A stretch of DNA of 64,000 nt from Yuukianura sp. NJ FZ-2021 (Eukaryota), in assembly GCA_046563655.1 (NCBI GenBank), contig CM102286.1, positions 13,640,001-13,704,000 of the forward strand, read 5' to 3'. A model generated the notes under the pieces. The model saw only the letters and a program-made list of their open reading frames with translations, had not been told where the DNA came from and ran no database searches. The translations under genes and the position numbers were made by a program. The stretch's first letter is position 1; each line of letters starts with the position of its first letter. Below are positions 12,001-26,000 of this stretch, in pieces.

Positions 12001-15000
12001 AACCAGCAGGAGATGCTACGATTCTGGGTGGAATAAACTTATACAAAAGTCTTCAAAGTTTCAGAGTCATTTTGCGGTGGAGAAATTTCCGAGTACTGTC
12101 TGTGGAATTATTATTCTTCTGCTAATACCGTATATTATTTCTGCTTTTTAACTGGAGGGAGTAACTACTTTCTTCCAGCATCAGGGGAATTGCTTACTTT
12201 GAAACACTGGAAAACTTTAGCAGTCAAAGTCATAACACTCAAATTGTCAACCTACGAAGACAGTAGTGGACGGAGCTTTGGTTCTTCTATTTTAACTTTT
12301 GCAACTCGGGCATTTTGACTTTTGTTTTTAGTTTATAACAAAACAGTAAACTTAATTGAAACTTTTCAAGTGAAAGAAACTTTCTTCAGTCTTATCTCGA
12401 AGCAACAAATAGAAATTAAACTTGTAAACTCTGACGCCATTTTCATTTTCAAAAACAAAAGACACACAGTTTACTTTGTTCCACTTTTCACAAAATTTTG
12501 AACATTCCTAACCAAATGACTATTACGGTCAAAGGTCAAGTAACTAAATTTTACAAAATTTTACATCGTTAAAATCAAAAAAAAATCTTTAGCAAAATTT
12601 CACCGACAAATTTTTTAGCCAATCGATTTAACTCAGCGAAAAACTTTTTCTCCCTTGTTTCTCGCCCCTTTTTCTTTTAAACAAAAGACAAAACGACAGA
12701 CGGACAAATCGTCGAAAGATTTGGAAGACAAACTGGCGAAAGTCGCTGCCGAAGCCAATATTTTCCCACAAAAAGTTACCGTAATCTTGCTTTTAATTGA
12801 CTCATGATTTTTCTTAAATTAGTTTTGGTTTTCCCAATCCACTTTTAGTAGTAGTAGATAATTCGTTTAACTCTGACATAAATCTTTGAATTTTCCACTT
12901 TCTTCGGCGCTTTCTTCATCTGCAACTTATCCTCCCTCTGTCAGCAAATTCGCTTCTGCTCCCTCGGAGAGTTATGAAGGCCACTTTTAGACAAAGCCTA
13001 AAAACTTCTGCCATAAAACGCCGTAAGAGAAAGAAGAACAAAAAGTCAATGTGGAAATGGGGGTTTTCGGTTCTTTTGAAAAAAGTGTGCGTTGAGTGCG
13101 GTTCGTGGGCGAAGAATAATGAGAAGTAGTGGGGAAGCATTTAAAGATGAAGTTAAATGATATGGGAAGAAATAGTATCTTCTGTTTCTACGAAAAGTGG
13201 AGGGGAGAAAAAGAACATAAGAAAATTTCAGGGAGGGAAATTTTGAAACAGATGCGTTCTGTCTTCCCATTTCCTCTCCATTCAGTTAGGAATCTAAAAT
13301 TGCATGAAGTTTGTTCTTGAATTTTGGTGTAACGAAAAGATTGGATTGAATTTTGGTGGGAAAAGAAGAGGGGGAGATAGGGTGTGGCACTGAGAAGGAA
13401 AATGACATGGTGAAAGTCCAAAGCCACAAAAAAGGAAATCTCCATTTGAAATCATGAACACATTGCATTTGCATTGTTTGTCGACATCTGATCGCATCAA
13501 TTTTGAAATGCAAAGCAGGTACAGGATTTTTAGATTTTGACTAAAAAGAAAGTAAACCAAAAGTTTGGTTTCACTTTTCTTTGATTCTCCAAATTTTGAA
13601 ATAAATGGGACTCATAAACTTCAATTGTTTTCGGATTCAGTAACTTCAAAACGAAAAACTCAAACTCCGTAGACACAAATTTGTAAACAAGAATTTGATC
13701 AAACAAAATTCATTTACAAATTTATTTCCTCATTTAAGCATTTGTTTTCCAACATTTTCAAAAAGTCGAACTAAAAAAAAGTTAATTTCTTTTTCTAACC
13801 AGACAGAAATTCTTCAGTTTCCTGAAGATTATCAAACTGTTTCTTTTTTGTGCAATGAAAATAGCTTCTGCGTTGGGGAAAAATGATATCCACGAAGTTA
13901 GTTTGATTTTGAGCAAGTTGTTTCGATTAAGTTAGTGTGTAGCAAATCGTGTTGAACTATTTCAACTCACAGTAGAAACCCAAAGTCGTTGAGTTTATAT
14001 TGCCATCGATTGTAATACTATGGAAGGATGCGGTGGCTATGGTGGTGACACACTTGAATCCAATGAGCTAGCGCTGATTCCTGGAGGATTAAGGCTGGAG
14101 AAAGGAAAACTCAGAATTGAAATCACTTTCTCTTCCAGTGCTTCCAGAATAGTTCCAGTAGTTCCAGTGGAAAGTTCCAATTGAAACCATGTTTTCCATG
14201 TCCCACTGCCTCAGACAGCTAATTCCCTACCACTCAAAATGAAAATGAATCCAAATGCATTTGGAGACAACTTTCACAAAACGAATTTGGATTTCAATGA
14301 AGGAGGATTAAGTGTGATCAAATTTCAGAACAGAGGGATTCCTTCCTTCGACTAGAAAAACATATCACAAGCATCGGAATTAGTCCTATTTTCAAATTCA
14401 ATTATTCAAAAGTTTCAAATTTCATTTTAGTTTTACTTTAAATTTAAAATGGGAATAAAAAAAGCTTGGAGAAAGAATGAGAATTTTTTTTAAACGATAG
14501 CATTAGGTGCTTCAGTGTAAGTGTTTGGATAGCTCAAGGCGTTTCTTGGGTTAATTCACTTACACTTAATTTATAACACCTTGTTAAGTTTCAACAAAGT
14601 TGAAACTAATTAAAACACAATTCATTGCCTACGGCTCGTTGATTACCAAAACTTTTATACGCCAAAGCTGCTTAATCCTTGTTTTAAAAAAGCAGCTTAG
14701 TTTAAAAAAAAGCAAAGAAGAAATTTCATGGAATGAGAGCCGTAGATTTAGGAAATTTTGAAATAAATTATACCGTACAACCTAGAATGTATCAAAATCC
14801 GTAGTTTAAAAAAAGTAATTTAAATTTAGACTAGGTTGTTATTAGAAATAAATTTAAAATTTTGGATTATGTCTATCGCAGTACTATTGTGTGACAGGGA
14901 TTTTACATTATTCAGAGCCCCTCCTTGACAATATCCAAGCACCTCCGGATATGTTTCCAAATCTCAATTTATGTGTGAGAGATGTGTCCTTTGAAACTGT

Positions 15001-18000
15001 TCTGGGAAAGTGTGCAATAAAAATGACAAAGGAACACTTCATGACTCGAATTTCCATGCCCCTTTGACACCACTCAACCACTTTTACCACAGGAAACACG
15101 TACCAAAGGTTACCACAGATTCTGGTACACTCTAGAGTTTGCCAGAGTGAAGCCAGAAAGATTTTGGCCAACTTCATCAATTTCAAAACGTATTGCATAA
15201 AATCCAAAATTTCAAAAAAAAACTTGCAGAAAAAATTAACAAACTAATTACTGAATAACAATTTTTAGTACAACGCCTAGATTTCCATTTAGACAAACTT
15301 AAAATTTTGGCATTTTTTTTATTTCATTTTTTTGAACTTTTCTACGCTTATTTGAAGTTTTTTTTTGTGTAAATAGAAATGTTTTCTTTTACCGAAAAAT
15401 GTCTAATTTCTAAGCAATGCTGCAACCAAAATTTAAAAAATAAGGTTTCTTTTTTTTTACTTTTGGAGGGAAAGGCGGCTTTCTAAAGGCGTTTTTTAAG
15501 TTTTATAGCACTGCGTTTGGTGGCTACCAAAACTTATTATTTTTAAGTCTCTTGGAAGTCATTTTGGTTTGAATTAATACGTTTCGGTTGAAGTTGTTTG
15601 TTGTAAAGAAATTGAATGATGCAATCTGCAGTATCATTTTAGCCAAGGAAAGAGAAAGTGGGCCTCCAACAGTCCAAAATTCTGGAAGAGAGAGGATCTT
15701 GCTTTCTCCTTAACTCAACCGTAGGTTCAAGGGGTTAAGAACTGCCCGGAGACATAGTTTACACTTTTTTAAGCTTTTCAAGTTTCAACTAGTTTGTAAC
15801 AAACTAGATCTTAGAGTGAGAGTCTAACATAGGAATCCTTGAGAAAGTGGAGAAAGAACAGACACATTACTAAAAACACTTTCACCAAGTCTTAGTCTCT
15901 AGTGTCAGTCAGCTTTTGATTACATCTCGGAATTGTACAAGGAAAGTCTAACCTCAGAGTAATTGTAAAGAGAGTTCCACCTTAACCTAACGAAGACTTA
16001 GAACTGAAAACTTTTTAGCCTAACTAACCTAACCACATCACTTTTGTTAACCCAAGGCCAAAAACATTGCATTTTCCAACAGAATTTCTTTAGTTGGTCA
16101 GCCTCACTTTGGCAGTTGTTCAATTTCTTGGTGGCCAAGGGCGGGAGCTTTGTTAGGCTAAAACCTAAAACCTAACGTTACTTTTTTTGGTGATTAGGTT
16201 AGGCTTTTGAAATAGACTTTTACTCATTCAGTAGAAGAAGAAAGGTTATGTTAGGCTGGTAGCTACACAAAGGTTATTACTAATTCAGGGCACATGGATT
16301 GTATAGCCTCAGCATTTGGGATGAAGAACTCCATTTTCCAAGAACTCGCTTTCTCCGCTTTCACTTTTTAAAAAACCCAGCGCCTTTCTTTTTTTTTCTG
16401 CTTAGCAATATTGCTCCTGGCTTTCTTCTTTTTTACGTTTTTTTGAAACAGGCTAATTTTGTTCCTCTCCTCTTTTGAGCAGTTAATCTTCAATGTTCTT
16501 AACAGAAAAAACTGTGCACTATTCATGTGATGTATAAAGAGGTTTTCGTTTTAATTCAAAATGCCCAGTAGATTTCGCGGAAGAAAGAAACAAAAAATTT
16601 GCAATGAAAAAGTTCACTTCAAAGAAAGCTAAAGAAAGCTAGATGGATTTGGTTTTTAGAAAATAGAGTTGCTTGTTTACTGGAGTTCAAAAGACCTAGT
16701 TTTTTTTAGAACAAGTTTTTTAAAATTTTTGAAAAAAAGAAGCTGTGCTAACTTTTTAAGGTTTCTCAGCTTTATTCGCTTTCTAGATTTCCAGGTATCT
16801 TTTCATAGAGTTGAGATTTTATTTCGTTTTTTTCTACGTTTTTTGAAAGATTTTTTTAGTTTAAGATTTTTTCTGAGTCTTTGGGTTAGGATTTTCTAGG
16901 TTTTGGGTTTGAATTCAGCGGAGCTTTGAAGCTATTCATCTTTTTGTTGGATCTGGAGAAAGTAGTGTATGTAAGTTAGTGTTTTTTGGTTTGCAATTTC
17001 AGTGAAAGCGGGTAGTGGTGGTCACTGGAGTTGAATTGAATGACTGTATCGGAATGTTACAGTTGATTGAAGCCCATGTATCACTACACGAACCAACTGA
17101 CTTCCACCCCAGCGCCTCCCTAAGATTTAAGGGCCAATATGACTCTAGAACGGGTTACAATTTTTCCTTGTAAGCGTTGGTCCAAGTCTTTTGAGGATTT
17201 GAGAAAAGATGACCATGACTTTGGAAGGATGTTTCGTCCTTATCCAGTGGATGAATTGGAATATGACATTATTTTTGATCTACAACTCTTCTCTCTACAG
17301 TGACAATTTTTTAGAAGAGAAGTCAAGCGGAACAGAAGGTCCAATGGTCATGTAATGGTCACCACCAAAAATAAATCCTCCATATCACAGCACACAGGGC
17401 TACTCTTTTCTCCATTTCTTCCGTCAGGCTTCTTCGGAACCAGATTACGCCAAGTTTACGAGCAGGCGTAGCATAGAACACAATCTGAAGCTAACTAAAC
17501 TTAATCCAAATTATTTTAACATAAGTTTAGCCTAATCAGAGTAGGTTTAACCAGGACGGCCACCTAAAATGAAGCAAAAAAAATTGACTTCTGGAAGTGA
17601 AAGTTTTAGGGCAAGTGAAAATCCGAATTTACTTTTTTGATTTTAGCTTCATTACTACTATAGTTTCAAATTTTCAAAAAAATTTCTTCGAGAAAAATTT
17701 CAATTGAATTCCAAATTCAAGAATTTTGTGTATTTTGTGATTTTGCATTTTCTTATTTAAAAAAAAACTGGATTTGAGGTTATTCAGTTAGAAGTGAGTT
17801 TTTTTTTGTGATGTCGGAAAATGTTTTGATTTTTTCTGGCTTTTATTGCCTAAAATTGCTTTTGAAATAATAAAAACGAAGAGAAAGCAGAAGAAATGAT
17901 GAATTCGTGTTACGCGTAGTCAAGTAAACTTGAAAAGTGAAAGTTGAGGAAGTGGGGATCGCAGTAATATTTTTTAGTGTTAGATTTATGAGTCCTATTC

Positions 18001-21000
18001 AAAGGAATTATGCTGACATTTGGAAAGACTTGATGGTGGGAAAATAGTTTCAATTACACTCAGAAAAGAGAAGTCTAAAGAAGGAAAAACGACAAAAGTC
18101 AGAAGATGACAAAATAAGAAATGAGCCAACAAAAAACTCTGACTTTCTCCATAGTCATTTTTTAATAAAATTTTCACAAAATTTGCCTTCTAGAAAAAAA
18201 ATCCACAACTTTGTTACAGAAAGTGAAAAAATAATAAATTTTCTCTTGTCCACTTTAGGCGGCTGTCATGCGTGAAAAGTCACAAAGTAATTCTTAAGCT
18301 TTCCATTCTGTATCTAAAATTGCGATCATTACGAAGTAAAAACCATACAGCCTCAAAATTCTAAAATTATTCCAAAAAATGAATTTTTTTCAAGTAGTAA
18401 GTTGAATTTCAACAATTGTCAAATGTTAGAGTAAGAAAGTCCTTAACTTTTGGCTTTTTTTAAAATTTGCCTCCATTTTCATTTCCTTTCTCACGTTTCC
18501 AGGATTTAGAGTCAACAAAGTCCGGGAAGAGAGAAAGTCATTTCCCAGAAATCAGAGTTAAGATGCGGGTATTTTGAGACTCGTGAAGGAAATGATGCGG
18601 GAAAGACTTTTGAAAAGTATCTTTTTTCCCGCACTTTCCCTGCTTTCTCTAGAATCCTTCCAGGAAATCTTCTGGTTCTCTCACTTACATATTATATACT
18701 TATGTATAAATATAAAGTTTTCATAACAGCCTTGCTAAGGATGCAAAGTCGGAAGTGGCAGCAAGGAGAAAGGGAGAGGGTTAAAGCGTGAAAAAAATAA
18801 TACATGTTCCGTGTTGAATTTTTAATAAGTTGCCATGTTCTCACGTTTCCTATTTTCCTTATGCGTCAGAACGAGACCGTTATGCGGAAGAAAAGCTGAG
18901 GCTAGGAAATATTACGGTACTTAGAAAGGCTTCTCGGGGCTTTACGGTATTTGCGAGAAGAAAAAGCTCTTTTTTGGTGTAGGAAACTGGAATACAGATT
19001 TACCTGGCACGAGCTTCCGGTTTCCTGGAGAAAATAGGCAAAACTTTAACCAAATGTAAAACTCCACAACTGGAGGTAGATCCGGTGTATTTCAAATTTG
19101 GTTCTACGTTGTTGTTTTTTAAACTTTTTTTTAGAAAAACAAAAATTAGTGAAGCAATTAAAACGAGAACGGTCGTATGGCTTGATTACATCATGCACTA
19201 ATTACTAAATTAGTAATTAGATTTTAGATGATGAAAACCTTATAAATTCACTCGCAATTTACTCATAATGTCCAATTTAAGCAACTTAATTTTTGAACTT
19301 TGTGGGTAAAATGGCTGTTTGATTTGATAGTTTAAAATTTGTTTATGAGAAAATTAAAGTAAAACAAAAGTTTTTCAGAATTCAAGGTTTGGCATTTTGA
19401 AATTTTTCGAATTTTCTCATTTCAGAGGCTTCAACTTCACAAGGTCAAAATTGTAACTCATTTTTCGTGGTTTATGTTACACGAATATGTTGATGTTTTT
19501 TTCTTTCGAAAACCAGTGAAACCAAAACCAAAAAGTTGGTTTTATTTCAATTTCAAAAATGAAAAAAAAAATCGAGTGATTGCCTGATCAAGTTTCACCT
19601 TGACTCGCACAAAAAGCCACAAGGGAGTTTGCAATATGAAAACAAATCGTGGCGCACAACTCTACTTGTGCTCTACTTTTTCGAGAAAAGTTTGCTCTCT
19701 TTTTTTTCGATGTATTACCTACAAAAACGAAAAGTAGATTTGTTTTTTCATTTTCTCATTTTTCATACGGAATTCAAACAATCAATAATTTCACAACGGA
19801 AACTTTATTATTTCATGTGAGCCAAATTTGCCAAAGTCGTTCCAATTTTTGAAAAATTTGCAAAGCCAGACTGAAAAGTTTTGTTCGCGCCAAATTTTTT
19901 ATGATTTTCAACTACGACCTAAATTCAAACTGTAGAATTTTGATGTTCAAAAGCGAGTGTGTTTGGAGAATCAAATTTTATGGAGCGTATGAATAATGAC
20001 CTTACGGAAAGGTTACCCATATGGCCAAGGATAATGACAGTGCTGCTACTATCAGTCAGGCAGAAGCGCTGTGCTGTTCAAAAAATTGAGCCAAATAGAA
20101 GTTTTTGTTCCCGCCATTTTCCAAGGAGGCAATTTCCTAGATATTTTTATGGGATGAATGTAAAATTAAATTTTGCAATCGGTTTCTTCTATGGATCTGC
20201 AATGGAGCATGACTTTCTCTTTTTTCTACAAGCAGTTTTTCATTGTAAACGTTACAAGGTACTACCTCACCTCCACTCCATGTTCAAACAAGCCTAATGA
20301 CTTGTTCTCCATTTCTTCACAAATCCATAAATCTTCCAATTTTCTTATTAATTTTTGAAAAAAAAAGTTCCGAAATCATTTTTTTCTCTTGTGTCTAAAA
20401 ATACTCCCGTAGGAGTTTCTCGATAGTTTTCTAGAACTCAATAAACAAAATTTTTTGAAGAAACTAGCTTTTGGTAACTTTTCATAAAATGGAATTTTTT
20501 AATTTTCAAAAGTTGAAAGACACCGCCTTTTAATTTTTGAAATGAGTGAAGGAGAGGATTTAATTTGATATGAATCCACTTTTGACACTTGACGTGAGCG
20601 GATAGTTTTTGAGATATTCGAGAGCTACCTAATGCTAAAACTTTTTTTCTTTCAAAAATAACTCTTTCATAGTTTTACCTTTTGAATCTTTGAACATTTT
20701 ATGCTTGAGTAGTTTTCAATGACTTTACTCATCAAACTTTCAGAAAAAAGGACGAAAAAAACAAAAGCCGTCAAACATTTTGCTGATATCTGATGATTTC
20801 TTTTTGAACTTTCACTTTCTCACGCATTAGAATCCTGACAATGACAAAATTGACTTATTCCATAAAAATTGCTTTTTTTAGACATCAAAGGAAAGTTATA
20901 AGTATGCAAACAATTTTTTGTTTAGCAATCCTAATGATTAGTGTTTGTAAAACTTTGAAACGTTGTTTTTCATTCAAAACAAAACTAGTTTTGTTTTTAA

Positions 21001-22163
21001 AACAACAGCTACTAAAACGGTTTATGTCTGTTGCCCTCGAATGTCCAAAATTAATTTTATCTTAACTTTTTAAGTTTCTCAAAACATTCAAAATGTTTGG
21101 CTAAAATTCTCATTTTCAAAAAAAAATTCCCGTGAGACTATTTGGGATTATCTGACTTGTGATACAAAACAATACTAATTTGGTTACTAATGCTTTCTGC
21201 CTTAAGTGAATCGACTCTCAGAGTTCAAAGGGAGAAAGAAGCTGCACTTAAGTGTCCCTTCCCTCAACTTTTATCAAATGAATAGATCAACCTATAGTAC
21301 ACACATTTCTGTACATAACACAAACTTAGGTTAAGTTTAGGCAGAAGACACGAACTTCAAAGATTCCCGCGTCGCTGGAAAGTTCCCGCGCCTTGTGGGA
21401 AGTGGAGACTCCAGTGAAAGCAAGTGAAAGTTTACATGGACAAAGTCGTTGAGTGATCCTTTGTCGTCATGGACTACTGCCTACATTATTCCAATGGACT
21501 TCCCTCCTCCAGTTGAGATTCAGAACATCATCTTCCGACTCTTGATGATCTCAGAGACGCTTCTTACCTTAAACTTTCCCGCTTTCACAAAACCTACACC
21601 TAACTTTTGTGCGTTTCACCAACCTACACCTTTCCTCTAGTGGAAGTAGCAATTGTGGAAGAAACCCAACTGTAGTAGTTTTAAGGAAACATACCAAAAG
21701 GAAATGGAAATTGTACACTGTTGTCCAAATGGTAAAAGTTTGAATATAGTACTTTGACTTTATGCTTCAATTCTTCCGTCCAGGAACTTCAAAACAACCG
21801 CCCAACTTTCTCTGCCTATTTTTTCAACCCTCCAAAATTTCTCTTTTTGTCCAAAATTTTAAAATATTTTAAACCAGAGCCGTGAATTTTTCAAAATTTC
21901 TAATAAAACAGGAATATTTTTTGTCTTTGATTTGAAAAATTTGAGTTTGTTGGCCGTTGTGTTCAAAATCGAACTGGATGTAAAAATTCTAAAATATTCA
22001 GTAAAAATCTCAAAATTTGAATATTCTGAATTTTTTTTCGAATACTTTAGATTCAAAATTTTGTTTTCAGAGTTGATGGGATGCGTTCGAAAGATAGATA
22101 ATAAAAGCATTAGTATGGATTAGCTGTTGTGATGGCGGTTGGATTAAATTGTAGCATTACATT

Positions 22164-22169
22164 TTTATT
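22164..22169 (-). promoter_or_regulatory. Candidate polyadenylation signal of gene B
   Basis: TTTATT on + (AATAAA on -) about 730 nt after the gene B stop. Confidence 0.3.
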
Positions 22170-22260
22170 GAAAAGGTTTTTTTTTGGAACAGACTGTTAG
22201 TACAATAATAAAAGGTAGTAGTTTCTCTGCCTTAGCATTTAGAGAGGGCTAGCTTTTCCT

Positions 22261-22313
22261 TCACACGTTCGTTCACGTCACTTTCACGTCCCTTCACGTT
22301 CACTTTCACGTTC
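22261..22313. repeat. Degenerate 10-12 bp tandem repeat containing five CACGT/ACGTG cores
   Basis: CACGT at 22264, 22274, 22285, 22295 and 22307. Confidence 0.8.
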
Positions 22314-22899
22314 CACCTCATTGACAATTCCGACTGGCTCCAATTCGGAGCCTGGAGGACTCTAGCTGGGAAGTAAAAGTGAAAGTAATGTGTGATGAGC
22401 AGATTTAGTTTCTGCCCATCAACACTCTGCGAAGAAAGTGAAAGGAAAGAACCCACTTTCGCCACCAATTCAATCACACTTAAGCAGTACAAAAAACTAC
22501 ACAAATTTTTATAAGCTTTTTTACATAATAAGTTCTCAACTTTCTCTGAAACAAGTGCCCTTCATTTAACTTTTTCAAAGTATGAAATCAAGGCATGTTT
22601 AGGATTTCACTTTTAGGACACAAGTTTTCTCACCCGAGTTTTTAGTCAAAATTGAGTTTGAAAAATTGATTTTTTCAAAAAATCTATATAGTATTATAGG
22701 GAAATCGAGGAACATTTTACACATTTTTTCGAACGTAATCATACTTTTTTTTTTCTAAAATGAGAAAATAGTCTGGAAAAGTCTCTGTTTCTAGATCAAA
22801 ATTGTGTTAATCTGGATTTTTTGTTAGCCTAATGTAAGGTTAGGCTTAAAGTTAGGTTAGTTAGGTTATGTTTGATGGTCTCTCCTACTCCCTAAGTGT

Positions 22900-23043
22900 T
22901 CAAACACAACTCTCTGGTAACTGATTCGAAGCTAGTTGTTGACCAATTAATCTTGAGTCGATGCTCACTACCATCGAGGGGGGTTTTCCATGGAGACTTC
23001 CGTAGGATTCCATGTCCACCATTGGAGTTGAGTCTCGCTTTGC
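22900..23043 (-). CDS. Gene B terminal exon (absent from the ORF track)
   Basis: tttctag|GCA AAG CGA ... TTA CCA GAG AGT TGT GTT TGA = AKRDSTPMVDMESYGSLHGKPPSMVVSIDSRLIGQQLASNQLPESCV*. Confidence 0.92.
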   Translation of the reverse strand, partial: AKRDSTPMVDMESYGSLHGKPPSMVVSIDSRLIGQQLASNQLPESCV

Positions 23044-26000
23044 CTAGAAACGAAAAAAAACACCAAATTTAAATCTGAATATGTCTCTTTTAGCCTAATT
23101 TATTAACCTAACCAACCTAAAATTCAAAAACTAGGCACATTTGTTTGTCAACTTTGGACACAAACAGCTTTTGATCCATCACAAAACTAATCGTTGTGGT
23201 CAAACTAGCCACAAGTGAAAATTTGAAAAGCACGGAAATCACAAAAACGGCAAAATTTGAAAAACGAAGGAAGAGTAAAAACTGGCCACAATGTGGTTAA
23301 AACTTTCACTTTGCGTCATCATATTCCCTTTGATGAACGCGAGACTAATTTGCGTATGTAGAAATAAATGGACTTTCTCTTTCCACAAATTTCAAAATTT
23401 CCCCCGCTTTCTCTCGAAACAACTTTTCAACTCGCCTATTTTCAAACTTTCTCTGGCTCAACATTTACTTTGGAGCCAAAGTTTTTGAAAAGCCGAACTC
23501 AAATTTTCAAAAACTTACGTTGAGGCTGAATCCGTTGAGTTTCGTGGATCCCCTAAGCGTCGTTCCGTAATTAGACATAGCCAGAGGGCTTCCAGCTCCA
23601 TCGCAGTCGTGAGATGAGCCACGCGGAGGGAATTTGTCTATGGACCGTGACGAGGGGGCGGTGTTGGCTGCAGACACCGCGGCGGTGCCAAAGCGATGCT
23701 GCTGCTGGAGTTGCTGCTGATTAATTTCACCATTCCCAACGCGGGAGTACATTTTCCCAGTTCCAGACCCCGTTTTGACTAAAAGAGACAAAAACAAAAA
23801 GGTTTGAGTTTCAGAAAACAATTAATAATTTTTGAAATTTTGAAAAGTTTTTGAAAACAATTTACAGTTTACTAAAAACTAAAAGTTTGAGCGTGCGAAT
23901 TTGATACAAGGGAGACAAATGAAGAGGAGATTAAGTATGAAAAAGTTGAGTTAATTAGGGGGCCCTTAAGGGAAGGGGAGGAGGGGGGCCCTTAGGGGGA
24001 CTTATATCACTTTCCGTGAAACTCGATACACTTTATAACTAAAACTGTTTTATAACATGATCTACCCAACCAGCTAAACAGTTCAACTTTCGCCATTTAT
24101 TTTCCTACAGTAAAAACTATGCAAAGCACGTAGACTTTCTCCAAAAAGTGTGTCAAACTATATTTCTCGGCTAAAAATAAATAGTAGTCATCATCTTCAG
24201 CTTTTCAAAAACTTTCTCCAGTTTTTGAAAAGTTTGTTCAACTTTTTTGTTCTAGAAAAAGTAAATATGAAACAACGAAGAGCTCCGCTTTTTTAGAAGC
24301 AAAGAAACCGAAACTTGCAAAATTTTGAAGTCTCTGTGGAAATTAAAAGATGCGAAGTTCAGGAAAAAGATGGTTTGTAATTTTCTCAACTTTCAAAAAC
24401 TCGCGCTCTCTTTTTCTTCCTTCTTTTTGAAAATGGCTTAAGCAAACTTAAATTTCAAAACCAAACGAAAGCACAGAAAAGCCAGGCTCTCCATTGGGAC
24501 AACGGAGGAGAAAGTTTAGCTAATTGCTGTCTTTCTGATGATGAAAAGAGGCGGATAATTTTGAATCATGAAACAGGGCATAAGCAACATCAAAAGTGTG
24601 ACTACTGTATGATGGTCATGTGGATTCGAAGTTTGGCATTTTGAAAGGCGTTTCGACATTTTTCAAAAAGTCGTTATTTCAAAACTTTTGCCTTTTCTAA
24701 AAACGACTGTTACACTTAAGACGGAAAATGTAGAAGTTAAGGAAGAGTTTTATTTAAAAAGTTCCATTTTTGCTGTAATGCGTTTTGGTTTTTTTGAAAA
24801 TGACTTCTCGGCACGAACCAAATGCTGGCTTGGAAAACAAGGAAAAATTTTGTTGGCGGGAAAAAAAAGCAGATTTGAAGAACCAAAAATTTCTTTTCGT
24901 AACTTTTGTAATGCCAATCATAATTAGCAGCTCAAGACGAGAGCTGGATTCTGGAGCTTAATGTAAGAAAAATTGTTTCAGTTTTTTCAACTAATGTCTT
25001 ATAGCCTAACATAACGAAAAATAGAAGCATGGCTTAGTTTACCCTAACTTAACAAGAAACCAAAATTTCTCCAACTTCCACTTGACTTACTTGAAAATCG
25101 AAAGAAAAATCGAACAAAAAAACTACTAATTCTAAAAAAACGAACAGCTCACTGCGTATTGTATTGCAGATTTTTTTAAAAAGAAATTTCGTGGTTTCTG
25201 AGGCTTGAAACAAACGCTTTCCAGAAGCAAAAAAAAAAGTTGTTTAATTTTTTTTTTTTCCAAAATTTTTAATTTTGAAAATTTGTGCTCACCATTTTTG
25301 GAACGTATGAGATCAGGATCACCGTCTTCTTCGTATTCTTCACCCAGCGTACTGAACTGCGTTTCCATCAAGGCATCAGACATTTTCTTACCACTGTTGT
25401 GATAAAGTTCTTCATTTGTAGAAGAGTCTCTGGATCCCCTTCTGTACGATTTGTCAATTTCAGTAACCATGGTGATTGGATGCATTTTGCGATGAACTAA
25501 AAATGCTATCAGAGCAATGAACGTCACAACGAACGCCGAAACAGCTCCAATTATTATCGCAATCGTCGTCTTCCTGTACTCTTTCGCTTTTGCTAAAACA
25601 AAAACAAAACAGAAAATTAGTGGTAAAAAAAATTCAGGTTTACAAGAAAATTCGTACACTTTTTTAATTATACTGTTTGACTGAAGGGTGCTTTTTTTTC
25701 TAAGAAAAAAGTGTGGAGTGAACAATTAGGCAAGCAGAAAAGATGATTGAATTCGTCAATTAAAATCAAGAACCTACCAATTTACGTTCTACAGATTACG
25801 TCTATTCACGCAAACTTTTTTTTCCTGACTCTTTGAAAAAATAGTTTTGTGGTTATAAAAAAGCTTTTCGTGTTCCAAAAACAAGCTCTAATTGATTTTC
25901 TCGGCTAACAAAAGGAAATCTGTTCATTTCGTGTCAAGAGATTTCATGTATGAGTGATCCGTATAAGAACTGTCATGTTTAATAATAAACTTCCTTCTCT

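Noticed and set aside
14020..14184. 54-aa ATG ORF MEGCGGYGG...GKLRIEITF, faintly like a MATH-domain C-terminus
   Set aside because: Similarity is too weak, there is an upstream in-frame stop, and no supporting exons were found.
17139..17303. 54-aa ATG ORF MTLERVTIFPCKRWSKSFEDLRKDD...
   Set aside because: Protein-like composition but no recognisable family or splice context; ORFs of this length arise by chance.
6137..22504. Dozens of 60-125 aa ORFs between the two genes
   Set aside because: Phe/Lys/Leu-rich translations of A/T tracts, often with non-ATG starts, no recognisable domains and no consistent exon chain.
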